Assembly: GCF_036659295.1 (NCBI RefSeq)
Contig: NZ_JAVXCU010000004.1
Location: 16,149-80,148 of the forward strand
DNA from: Brevundimonas sp.
Lineage (GTDB): Bacteria; Pseudomonadota; Alphaproteobacteria; Caulobacterales; Caulobacteraceae
DNA: 64,000 bases
Direction of reading: 5' to 3'
Shown here: piece after piece, positions 46,565-56,621 of the stretch
How positions within the stretch are numbered: position 1 is the first letter of the stretch
How the letters are laid out: each line of letters starts with the position of its first letter
Notes under the pieces: model-generated
Told to the model about the DNA's origin: nothing
The model's database searches: none
The model's input: the letters and a program-made list of their open reading frames with translations, nothing else
Translations under genes and position numbers: made by a program

Positions 46565-47095
46565 GTGGGGGCTATTTTGAATATTTTGGCGATTGGGGAA
46601 CTCGCTAGCCTGAAAGCTCATCTGACTTTATTGGACACGGCGCTAGACTCCATCAATCAGGCTATCAGTCAGAGCACAGATCCGGAAAGTGAGGGGCTAT
46701 TTGATCGTGGCGAATACCTCATCGGAAGTGGCTTTGTTGCCGCTCAGCGATACATTCAAACGGTCTATTTTACCGAAGGCATAAAGCCCGATGTCGCATT
46801 GAGTTTGGGGGAAAAACTTAATTACTACGGCACTTTTGCACATGCGATATGGCAGGGCGCTAACTACTGGAAGCACGAGGAAGAATGGTATCAAACAGTA
46901 TCTTGCGGTGGTTCTTTAAAAGGCGGGTCGGCGAAAACCCGAGATAATTTAGAGCAATATGTAGATTGGGATGATTACACATGCTCCAATCTTTTGGCAC
47001 TCATTCTCGATGGAAATGAGTTGAGTTTGGTTGCGCTCATTCCCATCTTGGAAGCTTGGACAGAGGCGGTGAACGCTCATAGGCGAACGCTATAG
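46565..47095 (+). CDS. Hypothetical protein, low-GC orphan
   Basis: 176-aa ORF with a GTG start in a patch that looks AT-rich compared with the flanks. It is predicted to be mostly helical. I recognise no family. Confidence 0.45.
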   Translation: MGAILNILAIGELASLKAHLTLLDTALDSINQAISQSTDPESEGLFDRGEYLIGSGFVAAQRYIQTVYFTEGIKPDVALSLGEKLNYYGTFAHAIWQGANYWKHEEEWYQTVSCGGSLKGGSAKTRDNLEQYVDWDDYTCSNLLALILDGNELSLVALIPILEAWTEAVNAHRRTL

Positions 47096-47102
47096 TTAGC
47101 CG

Positions 47103-47567
47103 TTAAATTTTAGGCTGCATCACCGCGATAATACCCGAGAAGGCCAGCACGGGGCGGCCTTCCTGTTCGATCTGGCCTTGCACGAAGATCATGCGTTTGC
47201 CCGCCTTGGTCACCTTGCCGCGCGAGATCAGGCGCTGGTGGGGCAGGGCGGGGCTGAGGAACTCGCTGTTCAGCGATACCGTCACGCCGTCCTGACCTTT
47301 CAAGGCCTCTGCGGCGATCACAAACAGCGAATAATCGGCAAAGGTCAGCAGTGACCCGCCATGCACCGTGCCGCCATGACGACAGTTATGATCCTGCGGG
47401 ATAAAGCCGCCGATCAGGTCACCGTCCTCGTGGCGGCGGATATAGAACGGACCGGCATGCTGCTCGAACGGCACGTCCTCTTTCCAGCGGCCCCATCCGT
47501 CCCAACCGGCGTCGGTCACAGCAGAGATGTGGGCATCAAAAGGGCTGGCAGTCACGGGCGCGGTCAT
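47103..47567 (-). CDS. PaaI-family hotdog thioesterase
   Basis: 154 aa. NCRHGGTVHGGSLLTFADYS is typical of PaaI/YbgC-like hotdog proteins. Confidence 0.8.
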   Translation of the reverse strand: MTAPVTASPFDAHISAVTDAGWDGWGRWKEDVPFEQHAGPFYIRRHEDGDLIGGFIPQDHNCRHGGTVHGGSLLTFADYSLFVIAAEALKGQDGVTVSLNSEFLSPALPHQRLISRGKVTKAGKRMIFVQGQIEQEGRPVLAFSGIIAVMQPKI

Positions 47568-47660
47568 ATCGGTGATGTTTTCGAAGGCTGTGTCGGGGAG
47601 GACGCCCAGCCCTTAGCGCCCCTTATCCCCGCTGTAGAGCCCTAAACCGACAGCCAGTGC

Positions 47661-49166
47661 CTACTGTGGTGTGCCGATGACATCGTCGATAACCCATGCT
47701 CTGACAGCGGGGGTGTCGCTCATGGTACCGTCGAAAACACGTTGCGGCACATAGGGACCGAAATCACCGGCCCCCAGTGCCAGCTTCATCAGGGTAGAGA
47801 AGTTGCGCAGACCCGACGGCAGGGTGACCGTTCGCACCTCCATATAGCGGGTCGAGACATTTGTGGCCTCGCCTACATGCTCTGCTCCGACGCGCCGCAA
47901 ACGATCGATGGCCATCAGGCAGGAACTGAAACACGCGCGATCTGTCACCGCCACCAGACGCCCTTTCATCAGTGAAGCGGGCAGTTTATCCGGCGCTGTT
48001 TGCGTAACGGCACGGGCTTGCCCTTCCTCTTGGGCGCAGACGGGCAAGGCAGGCCAGAAGTCCTGACCTTCCTGTCTGGCATGTTCGATATTATCGACCA
48101 TTTCGCTCCATTCGCGCGCACCCTCTTCGCCACGGTCGGTGCGGATACGCCCCTGCCATTCGCGCAAGGCAGAGACATTGTCCGACGAGGCACGGAAAAA
48201 ATCCCCGCTACAGGTCGGTACCGAACGTGTGGCGGCAACCCGTTCATCCCCGACCAGTGCCTTAATAATGCGATCCGACAAGGTGGAATTGCCGCCGCCA
48301 TTCCCGCGCAGGTCAATGACCACCCACGGCGCGGCCCGCATGGCCTCGGCACGGTTCTCGACCTCTGTGGCCAGTGCGGCCGCGCCATTGCCCAGCGTGC
48401 CCAGATTGATCCAGTAGCCTTCGCCCGTCTGTTCGACAGACAGCCCGATATCGGCGCGGGTCTCGGTGGCTTCGATGGCGCGGCCGACCACCTCGGGACT
48501 ATCGCGTTTCCAGCGCAGGGTGATGGTATGGCGCTGTCCGTCTGGGGATGTGAAGTCGCATGTCTCGGGACGCTTCAGGAAGGGGTTCTTTTGGTCCAGC
48601 AACAGCCAGCTGGCATGACTGGCCCGTTGTGCTTCGATACCGGCATCGGCGCGGAACAGGTCGATGCGGTTGGTGGCCCAGCTTTCGGCGGCTTCACCGT
48701 CACAGCTTTCCAGTCGGGCACCCGCCAGATCTGGATATCCGGCGGTGGCCGCCTGACTGCCGACCATCCATGTTCCGTTTCGGCGGGTCAGGATAATACC
48801 GGTCCAGCCGACATTGCCTGGCTGTGTCGTCGCGCGTGACCAGATATGGCCGTCACGAAAGTCCGCCGCCATGCCCGCCATCAGGGCGCTGTAACCCTCA
48901 AAGCTTTCCACCAGTGGCAAGCGTTCTGCAAAGTGGCGTCTGGCGGTGGCTAACTGGTTGCGAAAGTCCGTATCGCCCACGGCAACCACCGCGCCAGGGT
49001 GATTGTCCTCGATCAGTTGCAGGGCAAAGTCGCCATCCGTTTCGGCCATTGCGCGCCAGTGGCTGGCGGCGGCTTCTTGCGGGGTTTGTGCCAAGGCATT
49101 GCCGGACACCATAGCCAGCGCCAATACACTGGCTATGGTGTGGATCATCACCACAGACTTCATCAC
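47661..49166 (-). CDS. S41-family (tail-specific-like) peptidase, secreted
   Basis: 501 aa with a signal peptide. It has the VVIDLRGNGGGNS motif and a downstream Ser region (TDRACFSSCL). Confidence 0.6.
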   Translation of the reverse strand: MMKSVVMIHTIASVLALAMVSGNALAQTPQEAAASHWRAMAETDGDFALQLIEDNHPGAVVAVGDTDFRNQLATARRHFAERLPLVESFEGYSALMAGMAADFRDGHIWSRATTQPGNVGWTGIILTRRNGTWMVGSQAATAGYPDLAGARLESCDGEAAESWATNRIDLFRADAGIEAQRASHASWLLLDQKNPFLKRPETCDFTSPDGQRHTITLRWKRDSPEVVGRAIEATETRADIGLSVEQTGEGYWINLGTLGNGAAALATEVENRAEAMRAAPWVVIDLRGNGGGNSTLSDRIIKALVGDERVAATRSVPTCSGDFFRASSDNVSALREWQGRIRTDRGEEGAREWSEMVDNIEHARQEGQDFWPALPVCAQEEGQARAVTQTAPDKLPASLMKGRLVAVTDRACFSSCLMAIDRLRRVGAEHVGEATNVSTRYMEVRTVTLPSGLRNFSTLMKLALGAGDFGPYVPQRVFDGTMSDTPAVRAWVIDDVIGTPQ

Positions 49167-49266
49167 GACACCCCCGTCAATATTAGGTCACCACGTTAGA
49201 AGACGGGGCGTACGAAGGGGCGTTAAATCGCCGTAAGATCAACCTTCCTTACGGCGTTTGATTGTG

Positions 49267-50352
49267 TCAGCGCAGGACGGTGTCCGTGCTGACCACATGG
49301 ACGTCGTGCATTTGGTCCAGATAGGCCTCGTAATAGCCTTTGTGCGAGGCCCCCACCAAGGTCAGCATTCGTGTGCCGGGCTCGCGGCCCAGAACTTCGC
49401 GGATATGGCCGACCATGCGCAGGTTGCGGGTTTCCCAATAGCTCAGATAGCGGCGGCCATAGCCCTGTTCCGAAGGCTCGACATGGTTGGGACCGAAATC
49501 GGCCTGATAGGCGCCCAGAGCCGATTCCGGCGTGTTGGCGTCGCGGTAGATGTCCATAATGCCGTCCGGCTGGTCCACGCGGGCAAACAGGATTTCGTGG
49601 GCTTGCTTGCTGGCATTGGCGACCGGATTATCCCAGACGCCGCGCAGATTGGCACCATAGGCGCGCGCTTCGCCAGCGGGAATATGCCACGAGGCCGTAT
49701 GGTCATCGACGGCCCACAGACGCTCCAGTCCTAGACGCGCCGCCAGCTTTGCGGCCAGCAGTTCCGTCTCGTTCTTCTGGACCATGCGCGTGTTCAGGGC
49801 CGCGACCAGTTCCTCGGTCAGACCATCCTGAGCCACACGCTCGTTCTCGTTCAGGCGCAGCCATTGCACGATCGCCGAAGGCGCTTCACCGGCGGCGAGG
49901 AAGGTCAGGGCCAGCTTGCGGCGCTGGGCTGCGCTCGGGTCTTGCGGCCATTCGGCCAGCATGCGCTCCATCTCGACATTGGCAGCCGGCACATCCAGCC
50001 CTGACGCGGCCTGTGCGGCGGTGGTGTCAGAGCAGTAACCGCGCACCGCGTTGGCATAGCGGGTCGGCATACGGCGCATGGTGTCGCATTGCAGGCCCGA
50101 CAGGTTTTCGACCGAAATGGCCGTGGGCTGCCATCGCGCCAGACGCTCCAGCAGCGGATCCAGTTGCTCGGCGCGGAAGGTATCAGGGAAGCCCGACAGG
50201 TGCGGCGTGCCCAAAACCATGACCTCGTTCACGCGGCCTGCGGGCGGGCCCTTGAACTGACCGGGCTGAAAGGCCGGATGGTATTCCTGCGCTGTGACAC
50301 CCGTGGCGGCCAGTGCAAAAAAGGCCGTGAAAGCAAGAAAAGCAGAGCGCAT
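49267..50352 (-). CDS. TraB/GumN/TIKI-superfamily-like protein (DUF5694-type), secreted
   Basis: Track ORF 49267..50976 trimmed to ATG 50352 (MRSAFLAFTAFFALAATGVTAQ). It has VMVLGTPHL near the N-terminus and LVGASHKGY near the C-terminus. Confidence 0.5.
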   Translation of the reverse strand: MRSAFLAFTAFFALAATGVTAQEYHPAFQPGQFKGPPAGRVNEVMVLGTPHLSGFPDTFRAEQLDPLLERLARWQPTAISVENLSGLQCDTMRRMPTRYANAVRGYCSDTTAAQAASGLDVPAANVEMERMLAEWPQDPSAAQRRKLALTFLAAGEAPSAIVQWLRLNENERVAQDGLTEELVAALNTRMVQKNETELLAAKLAARLGLERLWAVDDHTASWHIPAGEARAYGANLRGVWDNPVANASKQAHEILFARVDQPDGIMDIYRDANTPESALGAYQADFGPNHVEPSEQGYGRRYLSYWETRNLRMVGHIREVLGREPGTRMLTLVGASHKGYYEAYLDQMHDVHVVSTDTVLR

Positions 50353-50420
50353 GTAAAGCCCGTATGTCGAGTTACCGTTGAATGCGGCGGGCAATAACAG
50401 CGCTCTGATTTCAGCCCAAG

Positions 50421-51182
50421 TTAAGCTTCTGCAATGCGGGGCGGGGCCATCTTCTTCGGCATCATTTTCCATGTCAGCACAATGGCGGCCACCACAACGG
50501 CCAGACGCAAACCGTTCCCCAGCCAGCCACCCAGCGCTGTCTCCCCCAGCGCAAACACGATCCATAGGCTGTTCAGCCCCATATGCAGCAGCACCGGCGG
50601 CCACAGATTGAAGCGCCAGCGCACGAACAGCCACCCGAACAACAGCCCGCCCAGCGCCGTGATGGCCACAATCCCTGCGGCATCCATCGGGTTCTGGCCC
50701 TGCGCCATATGCACAATGCCGAACATCAGGGCAGGGGCCAGACACGCCACCCACCAGCGCCAGTGCGCCAGCATCACCAGCGCCCCGACCGCCAGTCCGC
50801 GATAGACCACTTCTTCGATGAGCGGGAAAACCGCGCCCTGCCACAACACCGTATTGGCCGAAAGATCGGGTGCCACAGGGGCCATCAGGGCCGCCGCCAC
50901 CGCGGCGGGCACCAGAATGATCGCCGCCCAGATCACAGGCCGAACCGGCGATGCCGACAGGCCCGCCAGCTTCCACAACGCCACCGGCCCCTTGCGGGCT
51001 GCCAGCAAGATCAGGGCGGTCATCACCACAAGGTCTGAAAGATTGACCAGCAACGATGCCAGATAGGGCGTCTGGATACCCGTCAGATGCGGCCTCAAGA
51101 CCGGCCCGCTAAAGGTCGTCCACAACAGGCCAAGACCAACCGCCCCCGCCACCAGAAGTGCGTTTTTGTTTCGCCAGCTCAT
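50421..51182 (-). CDS. CPBP family intramembrane glutamic endopeptidase
   Basis: 253 aa, multi-TM. It has EEVVYRG, FGIVH and HMGLN, the CAAX/CPBP motifs 1-3. Confidence 0.8.
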   Translation of the reverse strand: MSWRNKNALLVAGAVGLGLLWTTFSGPVLRPHLTGIQTPYLASLLVNLSDLVVMTALILLAARKGPVALWKLAGLSASPVRPVIWAAIILVPAAVAAALMAPVAPDLSANTVLWQGAVFPLIEEVVYRGLAVGALVMLAHWRWWVACLAPALMFGIVHMAQGQNPMDAAGIVAITALGGLLFGWLFVRWRFNLWPPVLLHMGLNSLWIVFALGETALGGWLGNGLRLAVVVAAIVLTWKMMPKKMAPPRIAEA

Positions 51183-51335
51183 TTTACCCTCCGGCCCCCC
51201 GTCAGGGCTTTCAGGCTAGAGCGTCACTCCGCGTCAGCAAGTGAAGCTTTGGCAATGATCGACGGCATGTCCCGATAACGTTTATTTCAGCAGGCAGGCA
51301 GAGAAACCCAGAGAGAATCCCGTTAGACAGGGAAT

Positions 51336-52289
51336 ATGAGCGGGCGTTTCCCTATCCTTTATATCGCCGAGGCCGATCCCGAAGAGGCAGTTCTGTCCTC
51401 GGGTGTGCTGGCGCATCTGGTGGAAATGATCCCGCATGCGGACTTTACGGTGGTCGGATCGGCGGCGTCTGCGCCGTTGTTTGCCGACTTGCCGCGCCTG
51501 CGCCGTCTGATTGTTCTGGACAAGGACGGGCGCTGGGACTGGATTTCCCTGTGGAACCAGGTGCGCGATACCAACTGGGGTCTGGTGGTGGACCAGCGCG
51601 GCTCGAACCTTTCGGGCAAGCTGCGGCGCCAGCGCCGCGCCGTGCGCCCTGCGCCTGTGCCGGGCGTGCACTGGGTCGAAGAAGCCGCCCGCGCCATGCA
51701 ACTGGATGAAATTCCAGCCCCGCACCTGTTCTTCTCGCCCGAAACCATGGCCATTGCCGACAGCTTCATCCCGCCTGCGGCGCTGGATGTTCCCATTCTG
51801 GCGATCGGTCCGGGCGTGGACTGGATCGGCAAGCGCTGGCCCGCCGAACGCTATTCCAAACTGGCCGGTGCGCTTTTGGGCCCGACCGGACCCCTGGCGG
51901 GCGGGCGTCTGATGATTGTCGGCGAAGAAGCCGACCGCGATGCGGCCCACACCATCCGCTTTGCCGTCAGCCGTGATCGCGTGATCGAGCTTCAGGGCAA
52001 GCTGACCCGTCTGCAAACGGCGGCCGCCCTGCGCCACGCTACCCTGTTCGTCGGCGGTGACAGCGTCTGGACCCAGTTGGCCGTAGCCGCCAATGTGCCC
52101 GCCGTCGGTGTCTTTGGTCCGTCCGACGACAAGAAACGCCGCCCGTGGACCGGCATCGCCGTGCGCGGCCCACGCACGCTGGACGAATACCGCGAGCTCG
52201 ACCCGCGCCTGAACCAGCACATCCAGCACATGATGGACCTGCCCGCCGAACGCGTCCTCAAAAAGACGCTCAAAATGCTGGCGGAGTAG
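51336..52289 (+). CDS. Glycosyltransferase family 9 (heptosyltransferase-like)
   Basis: 317 aa. The overall pattern fits GT9: ILYIAEADPEEAVLSSGVL..., IGPGVDWIGKRWP, GGDSVWTQLA. Confidence 0.75.
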   Translation: MSGRFPILYIAEADPEEAVLSSGVLAHLVEMIPHADFTVVGSAASAPLFADLPRLRRLIVLDKDGRWDWISLWNQVRDTNWGLVVDQRGSNLSGKLRRQRRAVRPAPVPGVHWVEEAARAMQLDEIPAPHLFFSPETMAIADSFIPPAALDVPILAIGPGVDWIGKRWPAERYSKLAGALLGPTGPLAGGRLMIVGEEADRDAAHTIRFAVSRDRVIELQGKLTRLQTAAALRHATLFVGGDSVWTQLAVAANVPAVGVFGPSDDKKRRPWTGIAVRGPRTLDEYRELDPRLNQHIQHMMDLPAERVLKKTLKMLAE

Positions 52290-52377
52290 GCAGCGCATCC
52301 CCATTATCGCGATTGACGCTGCCACTCCGAACCATAAGAGTTTCCGGTAAGCGTTCGATTGTGGTTCAGAGCCGCCT

Positions 52378-52950
52378 ATGAAGTCTCGCAAGGTCGCCGC
52401 CATAATGGCCATAAGCGTCACCGCCGCCGCGACGCTCCTCACTCTGGGCTATCTGCAAGGCTTGCAGATCAGTGGCAATTTCCATCCAGTTGTTGACGGC
52501 AAAGCCTATCGCTCGGCCCAGCCAAGGGGCGACGATCTGGATCGCTATCAGGCGGCCTATGGCATTAAGACCATCATCAACCTGCGCGGCCAGAGCGACG
52601 GTTCCAAATGGTATGATGAAGAGGTTGCCGCGTCGGAACGTCTGGGCATAACCCACGTCAATTTCCGCATGTCCGCCAACAGGGAACTGTCCCGCGAAGA
52701 CGCCGAAGCCCTTGTCCGTGTGCTGGACGCGGCCGAAAAGCCGGTCTTGATCCACTGCAAGGCCGGATCGGACCGCAGCGGACTGGCCTCCGCCCTCTAT
52801 ATCGCCGCGGTCGAACGTGGCAGCGAACAAGCCGCCGAACGCCAGATATCGCTAAAGTACGGCCACATCTCCCTGCCGGTCAGCTCGACCTTTGCCATGG
52901 ACAGCACTTTCGAGTTTCTGGAGCCATGGCTGGGCTATCATGCATCGTAA
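52378..52950 (+). CDS. Protein-tyrosine/dual-specificity phosphatase-like protein, membrane-anchored
   Basis: 190 aa with an N-terminal TM. It has the CX5R P-loop HCKAGSDRSG. Confidence 0.75.
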   Translation: MKSRKVAAIMAISVTAAATLLTLGYLQGLQISGNFHPVVDGKAYRSAQPRGDDLDRYQAAYGIKTIINLRGQSDGSKWYDEEVAASERLGITHVNFRMSANRELSREDAEALVRVLDAAEKPVLIHCKAGSDRSGLASALYIAAVERGSEQAAERQISLKYGHISLPVSSTFAMDSTFEFLEPWLGYHAS

Positions 52951-52956
52951 CCGCTC

Positions 52957-53610
52957 CTAGTCGCGGTCGGGCGCGCCCAGCGGGAAATAATGGCGAAAGC
53001 GTCTGGCTTCATCCACGGCCCGTGCAAAGGATGGCCGCTGTAAAAGTCGCGCCCGATAGGCCTGCAGGTTGCCGTATGTCTCGGAAATAGGGTGGGTCCA
53101 GTCGGCATAGAACAGCGACGGTGCGGCGGCACAGTCTGCGAGGCTGAAAGTCTCGCCCGCCGCCCATGTGCGGCCCTGCATGTGCTGGTCCAGCCACGCA
53201 TAGCTGGTGTCCAGCATCTTGCGGGCTTCCTCCACACCATGCGGATCGCGGCTTTCGGCCGGTCGCAAGGCATCGGCCACGAACTTGCCCTGAGGCGTCA
53301 TCACATAGTTGTCGAAGAAACGGTCGAGCATCCGCACCTGAAGCGCCAGATCGGGATCATCGGAGATCAGCTTCACAGGCCCCGGATAATGGATCTGCAG
53401 ATACTCGATCACGATAGAGGCTTCCAACACCACACGCCCTTTATCGCGCAGGATCGGAAATTTTTTCATCGGCCACAGCGATGCGAGCGTCTCGCCGACG
53501 CCGGGGTCTTCCAGCATCCGGTAACGGAACGGAACATCGTTCTCGTAAAAGGCGATGAGCGCCTTTTGACAGTATGACGAGAACGGATGGGCGAAGAGTT
53601 CGACAGTCAT
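52957..53610 (-). CDS. Glutathione S-transferase
   Basis: 217 aa. The N-terminal thioredoxin-like part reads FSSYCQKALIAFYENDVPF...KFPIL, followed by a helical C-domain. Confidence 0.8.
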   Translation of the reverse strand: MTVELFAHPFSSYCQKALIAFYENDVPFRYRMLEDPGVGETLASLWPMKKFPILRDKGRVVLEASIVIEYLQIHYPGPVKLISDDPDLALQVRMLDRFFDNYVMTPQGKFVADALRPAESRDPHGVEEARKMLDTSYAWLDQHMQGRTWAAGETFSLADCAAAPSLFYADWTHPISETYGNLQAYRARLLQRPSFARAVDEARRFRHYFPLGAPDRD

Positions 53611-53950
53611 CTCAGCATCCTCGTTGCACGAGTTTGGCCAAGACGCTGACAGCTTTTGCCGCTCCTGAACAGGACGTATGCGAGGAGGTGCCCTATCAGT
53701 TTGCCCAACAGACCCATACGCTTGGCTTGCCCTGACCAGAACTTACGCACGACCGCTCCCAAAGGCGGCCCCCGCTTGTGAGCCAAGAGCGGCGTGTTGG
53801 AATGGCCGTGCTATAAGAGAGAATGCCAGTCCATATGTGGGGCTAAATGTCCGTTTTCCGACCGATAACGGAATATCTGCTCCCGACCCGTTGCAGTCGT
53901 TGTAATCCCCAAAACGTTAGCCTACCGTCGATGTCGCTATGGAGGTTCGC

Positions 53951-54385
53951 ATGCTCAGGTTCATCTTAGCTGTCGTTATGCTTTTGACCGCCTTTCGTCC
54001 AAGTAGCGCGCAAATCGTTCCGGACAACGTTTATAGTCCGGCAAACGGCCCTGCGGAGATGTGTGGCATCGTTGGGAGAGACGCAGCCGATCTTCTGGCA
54101 AAGGCGCGCCAGTCAGCAGACTTAAGGGCCGCAAACATCTCCTCTGATCGCTTCGAATTGTTCGAGGGTGGAAATCCTCTTAGATTTCAACTTTTAGCTA
54201 CACTACCCGCCGAGCCCGCATTTCCTGCAGTGTCTTGTCGCGAGGTGTACGAGAAAGACGGAGCATTGCAAATGAAGCGAACCATGCGCTGCGATGCCGA
54301 TCGCACGGCCTGCGACGCATTGTTCCTAGAGCTTCAAGACTTAGATGCTCAAGTGACGCGAGCTATGCGCGGCGGGAGACGCTAA
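53951..54385 (+). CDS. Hypothetical secreted Cys-containing protein
   Basis: ATG 53951 follows GGAGG. The signal peptide is MLRFILAVVMLLTAFRPSSAQ. It has 4 Cys and appears lower in GC than its neighbours. Confidence 0.45.
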   Translation: MLRFILAVVMLLTAFRPSSAQIVPDNVYSPANGPAEMCGIVGRDAADLLAKARQSADLRAANISSDRFELFEGGNPLRFQLLATLPAEPAFPAVSCREVYEKDGALQMKRTMRCDADRTACDALFLELQDLDAQVTRAMRGGRR

Positions 54386-54543
54386 CGGCTCGCCCGCTTT
54401 CCACCCCTAACCGTCATTCCCAAGGTCCGCATTCCGGCGCTTAAACCAAGGCGGACGATGTAATCTGACCTTCGCCTTTCACTCACCATCTATAAGGCGT
54501 AGAAGCAGGTCCGACTGTAATCCTTCCCGTCGGAGCGCCTGCC

Positions 54544-55890
54544 ATGACCCAATCCCCAATGAATCAGACCTATGACCTGATCGTTCGCGGGGGCGAGGTG
54601 GCCAACCACGCAGGGCGCGGCAAGGCGGATGTCGGCGTGATCGACGGCAAGATCGCCTTTATCGGTGATCTGTCCCAAGCATCGGCGGGCGAAGTGTTTG
54701 ACGCTACGGGCCTTCTGGTTTTGCCGGGTGTGATCGACACGCAGGTCCACTTCCGCGAGCCGGGTTTGGAATGGAAAGAAGACCTCGAGACCGGTAGCCG
54801 TGGTGCCGCTCTGGGGGGTGTGGTGGCTGTGTTCGAAATGCCGAACACCCAGCCCAACACCACCAATGAAGCCACGCTTCAGGACAAGCTGAAACGCGCG
54901 GGCAACCGCATGTGGACCGACCACGCCTTCTATATCGGCGGCACCCACGAAAACGCCGACCATCTAGGCGAACTGGAACGCCTGCCGGGTGTGTGCGGGG
55001 TCAAGGTCTTTATGGGCGCTTCGACCGGCGATCTGCTGATTGCCGATGACGAGGGCGTGCGCAAGGTTCTGACCAATACCAAGCGCCGGGCCACCTTCCA
55101 CTCCGAAGACGAATATCGTCTGGTGGAACGCCGCGAACTGGCCCGCACTGGCGACTGGACCAGCCACCCCGAGGTCCGCGATGCCGAAAGCGCCATCCGT
55201 TCCACCCGCCGTCTGGTGGGCCTCGCCAAGGAAACCGGCGCGCGTATTCACGTGCTGCACGTTACAACGCGCGAGGAAATGGAATTCTTGCGTTTCCACA
55301 AGGACGTGGCGACCGTTGAAATCACGCCCCAGCACCTGACCTTGGTTGGTCCTGAAGCCTATGAGCGCCTTGGCGCCTATGCCCAGATGAACCCGCCGAT
55401 CCGCTCGCAGGAGCACGTCGATGCCCTGTGGCTGTGGGGTATTCAACAGGGCGTGGCCGATGTGCTGGGTTCGGACCACGCGCCGCATACCAAGGAAGAA
55501 AAGTCCAAGCTGTATCCTGCCTCGCCGTCGGGTATGCCGGGCGTGCAGACCTTGGTGCCGCTGATGCTGGACCATGTGAACAAGGGCCGCCTGTCGCTGG
55601 AACGCTTCATCGACCTGACCTCGGGCGGCGCACAGCGCGTGTTCGGCACCGCCAATAAGGGCCGCATGGCCGTCAGCTATGATGCCGACCTGACCATCGT
55701 GGACATGAAAGCCACCAAGACCATCACCCACGAGCAACAGGCCAACCGCAGTGGCTGGACCCCGTTCGACGGTCGCGAAGTCACCGGATGGCCGGTCGCC
55801 ACCATCATCCGTGGGCGCGTGGTCATGCAGGACGGCGAACTGATCGGCACCGCCCACGGCCAGCCCGTCCGCTTCCAGGAAACGCTGTGA
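54544..55890 (+). CDS. pyrC: Dihydroorotase (class I, about 448 aa)
   Basis: LPGVIDTQVHFREPG, FEMPNT and DHAPH are motifs of the cyclic amidohydrolase/dihydroorotase family. Confidence 0.8.
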   Translation: MTQSPMNQTYDLIVRGGEVANHAGRGKADVGVIDGKIAFIGDLSQASAGEVFDATGLLVLPGVIDTQVHFREPGLEWKEDLETGSRGAALGGVVAVFEMPNTQPNTTNEATLQDKLKRAGNRMWTDHAFYIGGTHENADHLGELERLPGVCGVKVFMGASTGDLLIADDEGVRKVLTNTKRRATFHSEDEYRLVERRELARTGDWTSHPEVRDAESAIRSTRRLVGLAKETGARIHVLHVTTREEMEFLRFHKDVATVEITPQHLTLVGPEAYERLGAYAQMNPPIRSQEHVDALWLWGIQQGVADVLGSDHAPHTKEEKSKLYPASPSGMPGVQTLVPLMLDHVNKGRLSLERFIDLTSGGAQRVFGTANKGRMAVSYDADLTIVDMKATKTITHEQQANRSGWTPFDGREVTGWPVATIIRGRVVMQDGELIGTAHGQPVRFQETL

Positions 55891-56618
55891 GTTCCAAACC
55901 GCGTTTAGGGCTGATCGGTTACGGCGCGTTCGGGAAACTGACGGCGCAACACCTGTCGGCCCATTTTGATGTTCGCGCCTATGATCCCTTGTTGGCGGCG
56001 GATGATGACTATGTCACTGCCGTTTCGCTGGAGGATGCTGCCGCCTGTCCGGTGGTGATATTGGCCGTTCCGGTTGGTGTGCTGGAGCAGACGCTGGTCC
56101 AGATCGCGCCCATGCTGACGGCGGGGGCGCTGGTGATCGATGTCGGCTCGGTAAAGGTCAAACCCGCCGAGGCCATGCTGCGTCTGCTGCCCGACCATGT
56201 CCGTATCGTCGGCACCCATCCTCTGTTCGGCCCGCAATCGGCAAAGGACGGCCTGGCAGGTCTGCGCATCGCTGTGTGCGAGGTGAGGGGGGCCAAAGAC
56301 GCCCGCCGCACCGCCGCATGGTGCCGCAAAATGCTGGCCCTCAAGGTCTTTAACGTCACCCCCGAGGATCACGACCGCGAGGCCGCCACCGTTCAGGGCC
56401 TGACCCACCTGATCGCGCGGGTGCTGCTGAAGATGGAGCCGCTACCCACCCGCATGACAACGCTCAGTTTCGAGCGCCTGATGCAGGGCGTCGACATGGT
56501 CCGCCACGACAGCCCCGCCGTCTATCAGGCCATCGAGCGCGACAACCCGTTTGCGGCAAGCGTCCGTGAACGCTTCTTTGAACTGTTCGATCAGGCACGC
56601 GGCGAACTGGACGGCTAA
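55887..56618 (+). CDS. Prephenate/arogenate dehydrogenase family protein
   Basis: GTG 55887 overlaps the pyrC stop (GTGA). It has LGLIGYGAFG (Rossmann), DVGSVK and GTHPLFGP. Confidence 0.75.
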   Translation: MSSKPRLGLIGYGAFGKLTAQHLSAHFDVRAYDPLLAADDDYVTAVSLEDAAACPVVILAVPVGVLEQTLVQIAPMLTAGALVIDVGSVKVKPAEAMLRLLPDHVRIVGTHPLFGPQSAKDGLAGLRIAVCEVRGAKDARRTAAWCRKMLALKVFNVTPEDHDREAATVQGLTHLIARVLLKMEPLPTRMTTLSFERLMQGVDMVRHDSPAVYQAIERDNPFAASVRERFFELFDQARGELDG

Positions 56619-56621
56619 CCC

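Noticed and set aside
50353-50976. N-terminal 208-aa extension of the 569-aa track ORF (49267..50976).
   Set aside because: The extension overlaps the CPBP gene in another frame and is Gly/Arg/Ala-rich. A clean signal peptide starts at ATG 50352, so the gene was trimmed.
51282-52442. 386-aa ORF antisense to the GT9 glycosyltransferase. The 378-aa ORF at 58054..59190, antisense to the MFS gene, is a similar case.
   Set aside because: The translations are Arg/Gly/Gln-rich with no motifs. The sense-strand genes are well supported.
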